DNA of 64,000 nt from Opitutus sp. GAS368 (GTDB lineage Bacteria > Verrucomicrobiota > Verrucomicrobiia > Opitutales > Opitutaceae): positions 7,347 through 71,346 of the forward strand of contig CAMBVX010000001.1 of NCBI GenBank assembly GCA_945871085.1, in the 5' to 3' direction. Both the position numbers and the translations under genes were made by a program. This document shows positions 1 to 9,441 of the stretch, one piece after another. The stretch's first letter is position 1. Each line of letters opens with the position of its first letter. The notes under the pieces were generated by a model. That model made no database searches and had not been told where the DNA came from. It saw nothing but the letters and a program-made list of their open reading frames with translations.

Positions 1-810
1 GCCGAAAAAGCCGTCACTCCTGAAATCCTCCGCAACCTCGAGGCCCACTACGGTCTCGATAAACCGCTTTACCGGCAATACTTCGACTACATGGGGAGCC
101 TTTTGCGCGGCGACCTCGGTCCGTCGTTCAAATACCCCAATCGCACCGTCAACGAAATCATCGGCGACAAGCTGCCCACCTCCTTGGAGCTCGGATTCAT
201 TTCCCTCGCCGTGGCCTTGGTGCTCGGAATCACGCTCGGCACCCTCGCCGCCGTAAAGCGCAACACGTGGCTCGACTATATGTGCTCGTCCTCGGCGATG
301 ATCGGCATCTGCGTGCCCACGTTCGTCCTCGGCCCGCTCTTCGTGCTCACCTTCGCGATCCATTTCCAATGGCTCAACGCCTCCGGTTGGTATGGCCCCT
401 CCGACCGCATCTTGCCCTGCCTCACCCTCGGCTGCGTTTACGCCGCCTACATCGCCCGGCTCACCCGCGGCGGCATGTTGGAGGTCCTCAATCAAGACTA
501 CATCCGCACCGCCCGCGCGAAAGGCGCCGGCGAGCTTCGGGTCGTCTTCAAGCACGCGATGCGCGGCGGCTTGCTCCCCGTCATCTCCTTCCTCGGGCCG
601 GGCATCGCGGGCATCCTCACCGGCTCATTCGTGATCGAGACCATTTTCCAAATCCCCGGCCTCGGCCGCGAATTCGTCAACAGCGCCTTCAACCGCGACT
701 ACACCTTGGTCCTCGGCACCGTCATCCTCTACGCGACGCTCATCGTCGTCCTGAATCTCGTCGTCGACATCGTCCAGATCTGGCTCAATCCGAAACTGAA
801 ATTCGAATGA
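1..810 (+). CDS. ABC peptide/nickel-type transporter permease (OppB/DppB family), 5' end cut by window
   Basis: Frame 1 is open from nt 1 (AEKAVTPEILRNLEAHYGLDKPLYRQYF...) into listed ORF 91..810. Polytopic permease with the loop YIRTARAKGAGELRVVFKHAMRGGLLP typical of OppB/DppB. A cognate OppC-like gene follows. Confidence 0.85.
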   Translation, partial: AEKAVTPEILRNLEAHYGLDKPLYRQYFDYMGSLLRGDLGPSFKYPNRTVNEIIGDKLPTSLELGFISLAVALVLGITLGTLAAVKRNTWLDYMCSSSAMIGICVPTFVLGPLFVLTFAIHFQWLNASGWYGPSDRILPCLTLGCVYAAYIARLTRGGMLEVLNQDYIRTARAKGAGELRVVFKHAMRGGLLPVISFLGPGIAGILTGSFVIETIFQIPGLGREFVNSAFNRDYTLVLGTVILYATLIVVLNLVVDIVQIWLNPKLKFE

Positions 811-904
811 GCCCCGCGCCCTCTTTCCCACGTCGGGGCGGCGCTCGCCGAAGCCCGCTCCGCACCGCCCACACTCACTCCGCCGCGGTCGCGTTCGAAT
901 TCTT

Positions 905-955
905 CGCTTACCCGGTTCCCCTTTCGTGTGTTTCGTGTCTTTCGTGGTGAAAATT
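905..955 (+). repeat. Short direct-repeat motif (TTTCGTG x3, about 9-nt phase) in the oppB-oppC spacer; member of a dispersed YTCCGTG/TTTCGTG family
   Basis: Sequence ccTTTCGTGtgTTTCGTGtcTTTCGTGgtgaaaa. Related strings occur at 8110-8125, 8400-8415 and 50505-50530. Confidence 0.5.
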
Positions 956-958
956 CCG

Positions 959-1870
959 ATGGTCTCCCTTTCCCCTTCCCCCGACCGCATCCCGCCCGCC
1001 GTTGTCACGCCCGAGCAAATCGAAACCGGTCATTCCCTCTGGCACGACGCGTGGTCGCGCCTCCGCAAAAACAAACTCGCCGTCTTCGGCGGCGTCACGC
1101 TCATCGTGCTCGGCCTCCTTTGCGGCATCGGGCCGTTCTTCACCCAGTCCTACCAGACCCAAAACCTCGACCTCGGCGCCACTCCGCCGAGCGCCGCGCA
1201 TTGGCTCGGCACCGACACCCTCGGCCGCGACCTCTTTTCGCGCATTCTGTTCGGCGGCCGCATCTCGATCTTGGTCGGCCTCGTCGCCACGTTTGTCGCC
1301 CTCGCGATCGGCGTCACCTACGGCGCCGTCTCCGGTTTCTTCGGCGGCAAGCTCGACGCCTTCATGATGCGGATAGTCGATATCATGTATGCCCTGCCGT
1401 TCACGATCTTCGTGATTCTGCTCATGGTGTTTTTTGGGCGAAACATCTTTTTGCTCTTCTTCGCCATCGGCGCGGTCGAATGGCTCACGATGGCGCGCAT
1501 CGTTCGCGGCCAGATCATGACGATCAAGAAAATGGAATACATCGAGGCCGCCCGTGCCCTCGGCCTCGGCAAGCGCCGGATCATCTTCCGCCACATGATC
1601 CCCAATATCCTCGGCCCGATCATCGTCTACACCACGCTCACGATTCCCGCCGTCATGTTGCTGGAGGCGTTCCTCAGTTTCCTCGGCCTCGGCGTGCAAC
1701 CGCCCATGAGTTCCTGGGGTGTGCTCATCAAGGACGGCGCGGAAAAGATGGAAGAATTTTGGTGGCTCCTCGTGTTCCCCGGCGGCGTGTTTTCGCTCAC
1801 GCTGTTCTCCCTAAACTTCCTTGGCGACGGCCTCCGCGACGCTCTCGACGTGCGCTCGTCGAAGGACTAA
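959..1870 (+). CDS. ABC peptide/nickel-type transporter permease (OppC/DppC family)
   Basis: ORF 926..1870. The ATG at 959 (MVSLSPSPDR...) is preferred over the GTG at 926, which lies inside the repeat. Motifs HWLGTDTLGRDLFSRILFGGRISI and EAARALGLGKRRIIFRHMIPN are typical of OppC/DppC. Confidence 0.85.
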   Translation: MVSLSPSPDRIPPAVVTPEQIETGHSLWHDAWSRLRKNKLAVFGGVTLIVLGLLCGIGPFFTQSYQTQNLDLGATPPSAAHWLGTDTLGRDLFSRILFGGRISILVGLVATFVALAIGVTYGAVSGFFGGKLDAFMMRIVDIMYALPFTIFVILLMVFFGRNIFLLFFAIGAVEWLTMARIVRGQIMTIKKMEYIEAARALGLGKRRIIFRHMIPNILGPIIVYTTLTIPAVMLLEAFLSFLGLGVQPPMSSWGVLIKDGAEKMEEFWWLLVFPGGVFSLTLFSLNFLGDGLRDALDVRSSKD

Positions 1871-1935
1871 CGTCATCGACCCAGCGAATGTTCCGCGCAT
1901 TGACACTCCCACATCGCGGATAATCCTTTTCATAA

Positions 1936-2175
1936 ATGCCAGTCGCCGCTTCCAAGCCGTCCACCGCCCTACGCGGCCGGGCCAAGCGCGCCAGTCGCGC
2001 AGTCTCCGCGTCAAAGCTCATTTCCGCCCGCAAGGCGGCTGTGGTCTACCCCGTGCCGACTCCCGGTTCTCTGTATGACCGCGCCCGACACCTGATCGGC
2101 ACGATCAGCGGACCGGGCGATCTTTCAACCAATCCCCGCCACATGGATGGCTATGGAGCATTCCGTCGTCCTTGA
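1936..2175 (+). CDS. Putative antitoxin partner of the downstream PIN toxin (start uncertain)
   Basis: 79-aa ORF overlapping the PIN gene by 29 nt. The C-terminal GPGDLSTNPRHMDGYG resembles tails I recall on small VapB-like partners of PIN proteins. The N-terminal half is low complexity. Confidence 0.4.
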   Translation: MPVAASKPSTALRGRAKRASRAVSASKLISARKAAVVYPVPTPGSLYDRARHLIGTISGPGDLSTNPRHMDGYGAFRRP

Positions 2176-2578
2176 CGCGAGCCCGCTCGTTGCGCTGATC
2201 GACCGAGACGATGCCCATCACTATTGGGCCGTCGAAGAATTCTCGCGCATCGATGGAAGTCTCATCACCTGCGAGACCGTGATCGCCGAGGCTTACTACT
2301 TGGTTCGCCGGAACCCAGCCGGGATCTCAACCCTTCTGTCTTATCTCGACGAAGGTATTGTCCGCCTCGATTTCGACCTCGGCCTCAATCTCGCCTCGGT
2401 CACCGCTCTGATGCGCAAATACCGCGACGTCCCCATGTCCCTCGCCGACGCCTGCCTGGTGCGCATGAGCGAACTTCACGACCGCGCCCGGGTCTTTACC
2501 CTCGACTCTGATTTCAAACGCTACCGTCGCCACGGCCGCCAAGCCATCCCTCTCATCATTCCTGGACCGACCCGATGA
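2147..2578 (+). CDS. PIN-domain ribonuclease toxin (VapC-like)
   Basis: N-terminal VVLDASPLVALIDRDD (first acidic PIN residue), later SLADACLVRMSE and FTLDSDF (distal acidic residues). 143 aa. Confidence 0.8.
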   Translation: MAMEHSVVLDASPLVALIDRDDAHHYWAVEEFSRIDGSLITCETVIAEAYYLVRRNPAGISTLLSYLDEGIVRLDFDLGLNLASVTALMRKYRDVPMSLADACLVRMSELHDRARVFTLDSDFKRYRRHGRQAIPLIIPGPTR

Positions 2579-4317
2579 TCCGCCGTTTCCGCCCCTACTT
2601 CAGCTACCTGCGCGCCCACCGCGGCCTGCTCATCGTTGCGATTCTCTGCGGCATCATCGCTGGCGTGGCCTCCGGCGCCGGTCTGCCCTACATGGTGAAG
2701 AAGGTCTTCCCCGTTATCTTTGCCAAGGACGCTGTCCCGCTCACCGCGTGGGAACTCGCTCTCATCACGCTTTGGATTCCCGCCGTCTTTCTCGTGCGCG
2801 GCGTCGCCACCTACCTCAACACTTACTTCATCCAGCTCGTCGGCACGCGCGTGCTCGAAGCCATCCGCCTCGATTTCTTCCGCAAACTCCAGATTCTCCC
2901 GCTCTCATTTTTCCAGAAAAACTCCACCGGCGATCTCATCTCGCGCGGACTCTCCGACGCCAACCAGCTTCAGGTCACCCTCACCACCGTCGCCAACGAG
3001 ATCATCAAGAGCCCCGCGAGCCTCCTCGGCAGCATCGGCTTCGTCGCTTACACCGCCTACACCGAACAGGGCGTCGCCCTTGTCCTCGTTACCCTCGCCG
3101 TCGTGCCGCTCTCGGTTCTACCCATCCGCTACATCGGCAAAAAGCTGATCAAGCGCGCCGGCCAAATCCAAGCCGAGCTCGGCGGCGTCACCGATATTTT
3201 CTCCGAAAATCTTAGCGCCACCAAAGAGGTCCGCGCCTTCGGTCTTGAAGCCCGCGAGACGACCCGCTTCTCCCGCGCCTCCCAGACGCTCATCCGCGCG
3301 CAGATGAAGTTCATGAAGTATGAGAAGGCCCTCACCCCGCTCATCGAGATCATCTCCTCGGCCGGCATCGCCTTCACCCTGCTTTACGCCTACAAAGTCC
3401 AACTCGCCCAAGACACCTTCATCACGCTCATCACCGCGCTCTACGCGAGCTACGAGCCGATCAAAAAACTGGGCAGTCTCAACAACGAGCTGAAGCGGGG
3501 CATCGGCGCTCTCGACCGACTCGAAGCCGTCCTGCAGGCCCCCGTCGCGATCGTGGACGCCCCCGCCGCCCTCCCGCTGCCTCACGCCACCGGCGAACTG
3601 GTTTTTGAAAACGTCGGCTTCGCCTACGCCGCCTCCGAGCCCGTCCTGCGTGAGGTCTCCGTCCGCCTACCCGCCGGCACCGTCTGCGCCCTCGTCGGCC
3701 CCAGCGGCGCCGGCAAGTCCACTTTCGCCAACCTCGTCCCGCGTTTCTTCGATCCGGTCGCCGGCCGAGTCACGCTCGACGGTCACGATCTGCGCCACCT
3801 CCGCCTCGCCGATCTGCGCCGCGCCATCGCCGTCGTCGCCCAAGACCCCGTCCTCTTCAACGACACCATCTTCAACAATCTCCTCATCGCCCGCCCCGAA
3901 GCCACCGTCGCCGAGGTCGAGACCGCCGCTCGCGCCGCCTTCGCCCACGAATTCATTAACGGTTTCCCCGACGGCTACGCCACGGTCGTCGGCGAGCGCG
4001 GCGCCCGGCTATCCGGCGGACAAAAGCAACGCCTCGCCCTCGCCCGCGCCTTCCTACGCAACGCGCCCGTGCTCATCCTCGACGAAGCGACCAGCGCCCT
4101 CGACAGCGAGAGCGAAGCCGCCATCCAGCTCGCGCTCAAGAAACTGGTCGTCGGCAAAACCGTGCTGATCATCGCCCACCGTTTTTCCACGATCCGCGAC
4201 GCGACCAAAATCCTCGTCTTCGATCAGGGCCAAATCGTCGCCGACGGCACCCACGCCGAACTCCACGCCGGCAACGCCCTCTACCGCTCCCTTTACGACC
4301 GCCAGCAGGGCGCGTAG
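2575..4317 (+). CDS. ABC exporter, fused TMD-NBD (MsbA/lipid A-type flippase family)
   Basis: Six-TM N-terminal domain, Walker A GPSGAGKST, signature LSGGQKQRLALARA, Walker B VLILDEATSALD. Start overlaps the PIN stop (ATGA). Confidence 0.9.
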   Translation: MIRRFRPYFSYLRAHRGLLIVAILCGIIAGVASGAGLPYMVKKVFPVIFAKDAVPLTAWELALITLWIPAVFLVRGVATYLNTYFIQLVGTRVLEAIRLDFFRKLQILPLSFFQKNSTGDLISRGLSDANQLQVTLTTVANEIIKSPASLLGSIGFVAYTAYTEQGVALVLVTLAVVPLSVLPIRYIGKKLIKRAGQIQAELGGVTDIFSENLSATKEVRAFGLEARETTRFSRASQTLIRAQMKFMKYEKALTPLIEIISSAGIAFTLLYAYKVQLAQDTFITLITALYASYEPIKKLGSLNNELKRGIGALDRLEAVLQAPVAIVDAPAALPLPHATGELVFENVGFAYAASEPVLREVSVRLPAGTVCALVGPSGAGKSTFANLVPRFFDPVAGRVTLDGHDLRHLRLADLRRAIAVVAQDPVLFNDTIFNNLLIARPEATVAEVETAARAAFAHEFINGFPDGYATVVGERGARLSGGQKQRLALARAFLRNAPVLILDEATSALDSESEAAIQLALKKLVVGKTVLIIAHRFSTIRDATKILVFDQGQIVADGTHAELHAGNALYRSLYDRQQGA

Positions 4318-4339
4318 CCCGCCAGTTCGCTGTCGCTCG

Positions 4340-4468
4340 TTTGATTTGTGGGAGCGAGCTTGCTCTCGACTTCACCCTTCGCCTCCGGCTGTGGGAGCGG
4401 CTTTACGCCGCGACCCACACCCGCGCCGCGACCCACACCCGCGCCGCGACCCCACACCCGCGCCGCGC
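4340..4468 (+). repeat. REP-like TGTGGGAGCG motifs followed by an 18-19-nt tandem repeat x3
   Basis: tgtgggagcgagcttgctctcgac ... ctgtgggagcggctttacgccgcg, then (ccgcgacccacacccgcg) x3 at about 4407-4465, abutting the stop of the convergent methyltransferase gene. Confidence 0.7.
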
Positions 4469-4470
4469 CC

Positions 4471-5139
4471 TCACCGCCGCACCCGCACGATATAGTGCAA
4501 ATAGAGCGTGTTTTTCAGATAGCCAAATGTGAGCGCGTTCAAAATCCGCACGTTCCAGCCCGCGTCCACTTTCTTAAAAACCCGCTCAATCGTGAGCCCG
4601 TTACTCGCAAATAACTCCGCGATCGTCTCGAGCGTAAAAAACCGTAGGTGGGTTTTATCCAACAGGCCTTCCTGCGCGTAGGTCCATTGCCCGCGCAGCA
4701 TCTTCCGGATGTTTCGGTGAAACCCCACGTTGGGAATACTCGCCACGATGCAGCCGTCGGGCTTCAGCAGTTTTTTCAACTTCGCCACCACCGCCCACGG
4801 ATCGGCCGTGTGCTCCAGCACGTCCGCGCAGATGATGCAGTCCACCGAGCCCTCGGGAAACGGTAACGCCACCTGCTCGATGTTGCCGACCACCACCTCG
4901 TCGAGCCAGCGGCTCGCTTCCTCGCCCGCCGCCGGAAAAAGCTCTGCGCCGTAAACCGTCGTCACTCCCGGCTGCTCCTTGAGCCAACGCCCCAACGTCC
5001 CCTTCCCGCAGCCCACATCCAGCACCACCACGCACCCTTCCGGGATCGCTTCGATCACCTCGCTGCGTAGGTGCGCGTAGTAATCGGTGCGCTTTCCGTT
5101 TTCTGAGGCAGGGAGCCAGCTCGGCGGGTGATATTGCAT
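4471..5139 (-). CDS. Class I SAM-dependent methyltransferase
   Basis: Motif I VVLDVGCGKGTLG, post-I YGAEL, motif II/III DCIICADVLEH and LKPDGCIV. Confidence 0.85.
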   Translation of the reverse strand: MQYHPPSWLPASENGKRTDYYAHLRSEVIEAIPEGCVVVLDVGCGKGTLGRWLKEQPGVTTVYGAELFPAAGEEASRWLDEVVVGNIEQVALPFPEGSVDCIICADVLEHTADPWAVVAKLKKLLKPDGCIVASIPNVGFHRNIRKMLRGQWTYAQEGLLDKTHLRFFTLETIAELFASNGLTIERVFKKVDAGWNVRILNALTFGYLKNTLYLHYIVRVRR

Positions 5140-5197
5140 TGCGGATTTTTTTAAGACTTATCGCTTCGTGCGCACTCGCGCCAACTCGAAAACCCGC

Positions 5198-6259
5198 ATG
5201 ACGGCCGCACCGCATCTCCTCGTCATCCGCCGACGCTACCTCGGCGATATCGTCTTGCTCGGTTCTTTCCTACGCAACCTCCGCCTCCACTGGCCCGACG
5301 CGCGCCTCACCGTCCTGACCGAGCCCGCCTACTCCACGGTGCTCGCGCTCAACCCCGATGTCTCCGCCGCCCTCACCCTGCCGCGCCGCGCCACCGACTG
5401 GCCCGCGTTTCTAGGCCTTCTGCGCCGCGCCCGTTTCACCCACGTCTTCGATCTCGATAACACCCAGAAAACCGCGCTGCTCACCCGGCTCACCGGCGCG
5501 CCCAACCGCCATACGTTCCACCTTGAGAACGTTCGCCGTCACTTCCCGCGACTTTACACCCACACCACCTTCGTCGACTCCGTCGCCTACAGCGCCCAAC
5601 CCATCACCGAGACCTATCTCGCGATGCTCACCACCGCCGGCATTCCGGTCGCGAGCCGTGAAGTCCGCCTCGTCCCCCGCCCCACCGACCTCGCTGCCAT
5701 CTCCGCTCTCCTTGGCCCACAGCCGAAATTCGATCATCCAAAATCGAAAATCCAAAAAATTCTTCTCCATCCCGGCTCCCGCAGTCCTTATCGCGTCTGG
5801 CCCGCCGAAAATTTTGCCGCCGTCTGCGACCGTCTTCAAGACGACCTAAACGTCCAGATATTCCTCGTGGGCGGTCCCGCCGAGCGCCCGCTGCTCGACG
5901 CCATCCGCGCGGCCGCCAAGACCCACCTCGTCGTCCTCGACCGCCCGTTGCCCATCGGACAATTCGCCGCCCTCGCCTCGCAGTTCGATCTCTTTCTCTG
6001 CCACGATAGCGGCCCGATGCACGTCGCCGCCGCCGTCGGTACCCCGGTCGTCGCCCTAGTCGGCGCACAAAACACCACGGTATGGGGCCCGGTCGGCCCA
6101 CACCACTCCGTGCTCCAAGCCGCCCAACCCTGTGCCGCCGCCTGCGTGGCGCCCGCCTCCTGCACCCCCGGCGACTCCTACAAAAACCTCTGCGTGCGCC
6201 GGCTCACCGTTGCCGAGGTTTTCTCCGCCGTGCGCACCGCGCTCGCCGGCCAACGATGA
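5198..6259 (+). CDS. Glycosyltransferase family 9 (LPS heptosyltransferase-like)
   Basis: LLVIRRRYLGDIVLLGSFLRNLR N-terminus and C-terminal LFLCHDSGPMHVAAAVGTPVVAL are GT9 hallmarks. The ATG at 5198 is chosen inside ORF 5168..6259. Confidence 0.85.
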   Translation: MTAAPHLLVIRRRYLGDIVLLGSFLRNLRLHWPDARLTVLTEPAYSTVLALNPDVSAALTLPRRATDWPAFLGLLRRARFTHVFDLDNTQKTALLTRLTGAPNRHTFHLENVRRHFPRLYTHTTFVDSVAYSAQPITETYLAMLTTAGIPVASREVRLVPRPTDLAAISALLGPQPKFDHPKSKIQKILLHPGSRSPYRVWPAENFAAVCDRLQDDLNVQIFLVGGPAERPLLDAIRAAAKTHLVVLDRPLPIGQFAALASQFDLFLCHDSGPMHVAAAVGTPVVALVGAQNTTVWGPVGPHHSVLQAAQPCAAACVAPASCTPGDSYKNLCVRRLTVAEVFSAVRTALAGQR

Positions 6260-7143
6260 TTCCCCCGCCACTCATCACCTTCGGCGTGCCGGCTTACAAT
6301 CGGCCCGCGCTCCTCGCCGAAACCCTCGCCAGCCTCGCCGCGCAAACCGCCGCCGTTCCCTACGAAGTCATCGTCTGCGACGACGGCACGCTCCCCGAAA
6401 CCGCCGCCACCGTCGCCCGTTTTCCATCCGATAAATTTTTCTACCACCGCAACACGCCCACGCTCGGTCCCGTATCCAATTGGAACGAAGCCCTCCGCCG
6501 GGCGCGCGGCACCTGGGTCATGGTGCTCCACGAAGACGATACGCTCTACCCGTGGTATCTCGCCGCCGTCCTCCCACACCTCGGGGAAAATCTCGCCGCC
6601 ATCTGCACGCGCACCGTCTCCGGCGCGACCATGCCTGCTCTGCCCGTGCCGACCTCGCCCGCCACTGCCGCGGCCTTCGCCTACCCGCCGCGCTATTTTC
6701 TCAAAAGCGCCATGACCCCCTTCCCCGGGGTGTTGATCCGCCGCGAGCTCGCCGAAAAACTCGGCGGCTTCAGCGAACAAGCCGGCCCACTCGCCGACTA
6801 CGAGTTCTGGTATCGCCTCGCCTGCGCCGGCCGCATCGAGGTCGTTCGCGAGGTCGCCGCGTTCTACCGCGTCGCCGACGGCCAATGGACCGAACGCGCC
6901 TGGCCGACTATGATTCGACAGACGCATCTCCTCCGCCTGCGCATCGCCGGCGAACAGTTCCCAAAAAGCCCGCGCCTTGGCCGCTGGCTCGCCCGCTTCT
7001 TCACCTTCCGCAACGCCCTCAGCTACGACGCCCGTTTCCCCCAGAAACCCGCCTCCCTCGCCCGCGCGCTCCGCCTCGGCTCGATCCCGTTTGCGCGCTT
7101 GCCCAGCGGTTGGGTTTGGGCCGCCCTCAAGCGACTCTCCTGA
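6256..7143 (+). CDS. Glycosyltransferase family 2
   Basis: True start MIPPPLITFGVPAYNRP at 6256 (ATGA overlap with the GT9 stop). VIVCDDGT and HEDD motifs. Confidence 0.85.
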   Translation: MIPPPLITFGVPAYNRPALLAETLASLAAQTAAVPYEVIVCDDGTLPETAATVARFPSDKFFYHRNTPTLGPVSNWNEALRRARGTWVMVLHEDDTLYPWYLAAVLPHLGENLAAICTRTVSGATMPALPVPTSPATAAAFAYPPRYFLKSAMTPFPGVLIRRELAEKLGGFSEQAGPLADYEFWYRLACAGRIEVVREVAAFYRVADGQWTERAWPTMIRQTHLLRLRIAGEQFPKSPRLGRWLARFFTFRNALSYDARFPQKPASLARALRLGSIPFARLPSGWVWAALKRLS

Positions 7144-7148
7144 ACGCC

Positions 7149-8069
7149 ATGCGCCTCACCGTCGCCGTCTGCACCTACCACCGCGCCGAATTTCTGCGCC
7201 AAACGCTCGCCAGCCTTGCCCGGCAGACTTTCCCGCGCGACCAGTTCGAAGTCCTCGTCATCGACAACAACTCTCCCGACCACACCGCCGCAGTCGTCGC
7301 CGAGTTTGCCTCCACCCCGCTCGCCCCGCGCCACATTCTCGAGCAACAACAGGGCCTCGACTACGCCCGCAACCGCGCCATCGCCGAGGCCCGCGGCGAC
7401 GTCATCCTCTTCGCCGACGACGACATCCTCGCGCGGCCCGATTGGCTCGCCCAAATCTTCGCGCCGTTCGCATCCGATGCCTGCGACCGCATCGGCGCGG
7501 TGGGCGGCGAAGTGATTCCCGTCTTCCCCGACGGCCTCCCGCCTTGGGTCGCCGAGTGGCACGCGCCGCTCGCCTTCCGCGCCGATGCCGGCCCGCTCCC
7601 GTCGCGCCATAGCCCGATGGGTGCCAACCTCGCCATCCCCCGCGCCGTCTTCGCCCGCGTCGGCGTGTTTCACACCACGCTCGACCGTGCGGCCGGGAAC
7701 TATTTCTCCGGCGGCGACAGCGAGATGATCCGCCGCATCCGCGCGGCAGGTCTGGAAATCTGGTTCGCTCCCGCCGCCGCCGTGCGCCACCAGATGCCCG
7801 CGAGTCGCACCACGTTTCGTTACGCGGCGCGCCACGCTTTCGACTCGGCCCGCTCGCGCACCATCGACCGCGCCGGCCAACCGGGCGGTCGCGCCTACCT
7901 CGCCACCCGCTGGCTCGCCAACGTTCTCAAAACTCTCGGCTACGCCGTCGTCGCGCTCCTGGCCATCTGCGTCCTTCGCACCGGCGACGCCAAAAAATCC
8001 CTCGTCCGCGCCTGGCGCTCCTGCGGCTATCTCTATCAAATTCCCCGGAGCCTCCTCGGAAAAATCTGA
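7149..8069 (+). CDS. Glycosyltransferase family 2
   Basis: True start MRLTVAVCTYHRAEFL at 7149 within ORF 6480..8069. VLVIDNNSPD and LFADDD motifs. Confidence 0.85.
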   Translation: MRLTVAVCTYHRAEFLRQTLASLARQTFPRDQFEVLVIDNNSPDHTAAVVAEFASTPLAPRHILEQQQGLDYARNRAIAEARGDVILFADDDILARPDWLAQIFAPFASDACDRIGAVGGEVIPVFPDGLPPWVAEWHAPLAFRADAGPLPSRHSPMGANLAIPRAVFARVGVFHTTLDRAAGNYFSGGDSEMIRRIRAAGLEIWFAPAAAVRHQMPASRTTFRYAARHAFDSARSRTIDRAGQPGGRAYLATRWLANVLKTLGYAVVALLAICVLRTGDAKKSLVRAWRSCGYLYQIPRSLLGKI

Positions 8070-8088
8070 ACGAAGCCCTCATTTTCTT

Positions 8089-8170
8089 CCTCCGCTTTTT
8101 CCGCCTAGTCCGTGTGTTCCGTGGGCAAACCTCCGGAATGCCTCACGCCAAGTCCACCAAGCTCCCGATC
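8089..8170 (+). repeat. Copy A of an about 85-nt dispersed intergenic repeat
   Basis: cctccgct..tccgtgtgttccgtggg..ccggaatgcctcacgccaagtcca..ctcccgatc aligns at roughly 70% with 8383-8467. Confidence 0.6.
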
Positions 8171-8382
8171 CCCCCAAAGATCGACCCCCCCTCCGCTTCG
8201 GATGGCTTTCAATCTTTCTGACCCAATCTTTCCGACAAACTACCCGGCCCATTCACGTCCACCGGAGCCCGATCTTTAGTCAGAAAAATGGGGTCATAAA
8301 GATAAAGCCTCTACCCTTTCAGCCACCTAGCCTCCGCTATTCGCGTCCCTTGGCGCCATTCGCGGTTGCACTCGTTTCTCAG

Positions 8383-8467
8383 CCTCCGCTCTCCGTTTCC
8401 TCCGTGTTTTCCATGGGCCCACGCCGGAGTTCCTCACGCCAAGGCCAAGGTCGCAAAGTCCTCGATC
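8383..8467 (+). repeat. Copy B of the about 85-nt dispersed intergenic repeat
   Basis: cctccgctctccgtttcctccgtgttttccatggg..ccggagttcctcacgccaaggccaagg..tcctcgatc. Same orientation as copy A, 294 nt away. Confidence 0.6.
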
Positions 8468-8543
8468 ATCTTCTGCTCCACATCTGCGCTCTCTGCGCCC
8501 TCCGCGTGAGGCCCTCCCCAGTTCGTTCAATTTCTGCCCACCC

Positions 8544-9218
8544 TCAAACCTCCCCCGGCCTCACCACCAGCGCCCTCGCCTCCTCCGCCCGCTTCCGGTT
8601 TTTCTCCACTCCGAGCGCATCCAGCCCCAGCGCATTCGCCGCCGCCAGCACCGTGCCCACGCCGCAAAACGGATCGACCACCACGTTCGCCCCCACAACC
8701 TCCCGCGCAAAGCGCACCGCGTGGCCGGCCGCGCGCACGCCCATCGCTCGCACCCACTTCTGCTCGCCCGCGTCGGCGATCACATCGGGAATCGGCAACC
8801 CATCCGGACACTTCAACGCCCGCGAAACCGCAATGAAGTGGGTGAATCCCGGCCGCCCGGTCGTGAGCATTCCCGCCGGCCGCCGCAGCACGATCTTGTG
8901 AAACAAGACGCGCGCGCCCGCGTCCTCTGCGGCCCGGATCACCATCGCACCTTTGTCGATCCACTCCCCGTCCCGTTTGATATCGCTTTGAAAAAAAAGC
9001 GCTGCGCTCTCATCCGGCACCGCATTTACCACCAGCCGCACCGCACCGAGAAACCACGCCCGCCACACCTCAAGCGTCACGCCCACCTCGGAAACATCCG
9101 GCAGCGAAGTCACCGCGCACGCCCCGTCGATCCGCCCGCGTTCCCGCAGCCACGGAATCGCATCCGCGCAGATCACCTCTCGCTTCGGCTCACCGTTCAT
9201 CACTCCACGGAGCGCCAA
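8544..9218 (-). CDS. SAM-dependent methyltransferase, beta-class N4/N6 DNA-methylase-like (orphan)
   Basis: C-terminal SAM-binding DPFCGVGTVLAAANALGLDALGVEKN. N-terminal TSLPDVSE sits where (D/S)PP(Y/F) is expected. This motif IV then motif I order is typical of beta-class MTases. No nuclease gene is adjacent. Confidence 0.55.
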   Translation of the reverse strand: MALRGVMNGEPKREVICADAIPWLRERGRIDGACAVTSLPDVSEVGVTLEVWRAWFLGAVRLVVNAVPDESAALFFQSDIKRDGEWIDKGAMVIRAAEDAGARVLFHKIVLRRPAGMLTTGRPGFTHFIAVSRALKCPDGLPIPDVIADAGEQKWVRAMGVRAAGHAVRFAREVVGANVVVDPFCGVGTVLAAANALGLDALGVEKNRKRAEEARALVVRPGEV

Positions 9219-9441
9219 CCTAGCGCCGGAGTAAAGCCCTCCGCCGCCTCAAGGTCGTGCGCGCCGGCGAGCGGCCGAGGCGGGCTCTATCGACATTCCC
9301 TGCCGTCGCTTCGCCCCGCACTCTTGTCCTGGAAGGTTGAGCCGTGCAAGTTGTGGGCAAAGCGTTCCTGGCCCGCCGCCTTTTCGCGCTACTTCCGCTC
9401 CCACGTCCCGGTTAATAAATTTCGGGCAATCCCGTTTAATC

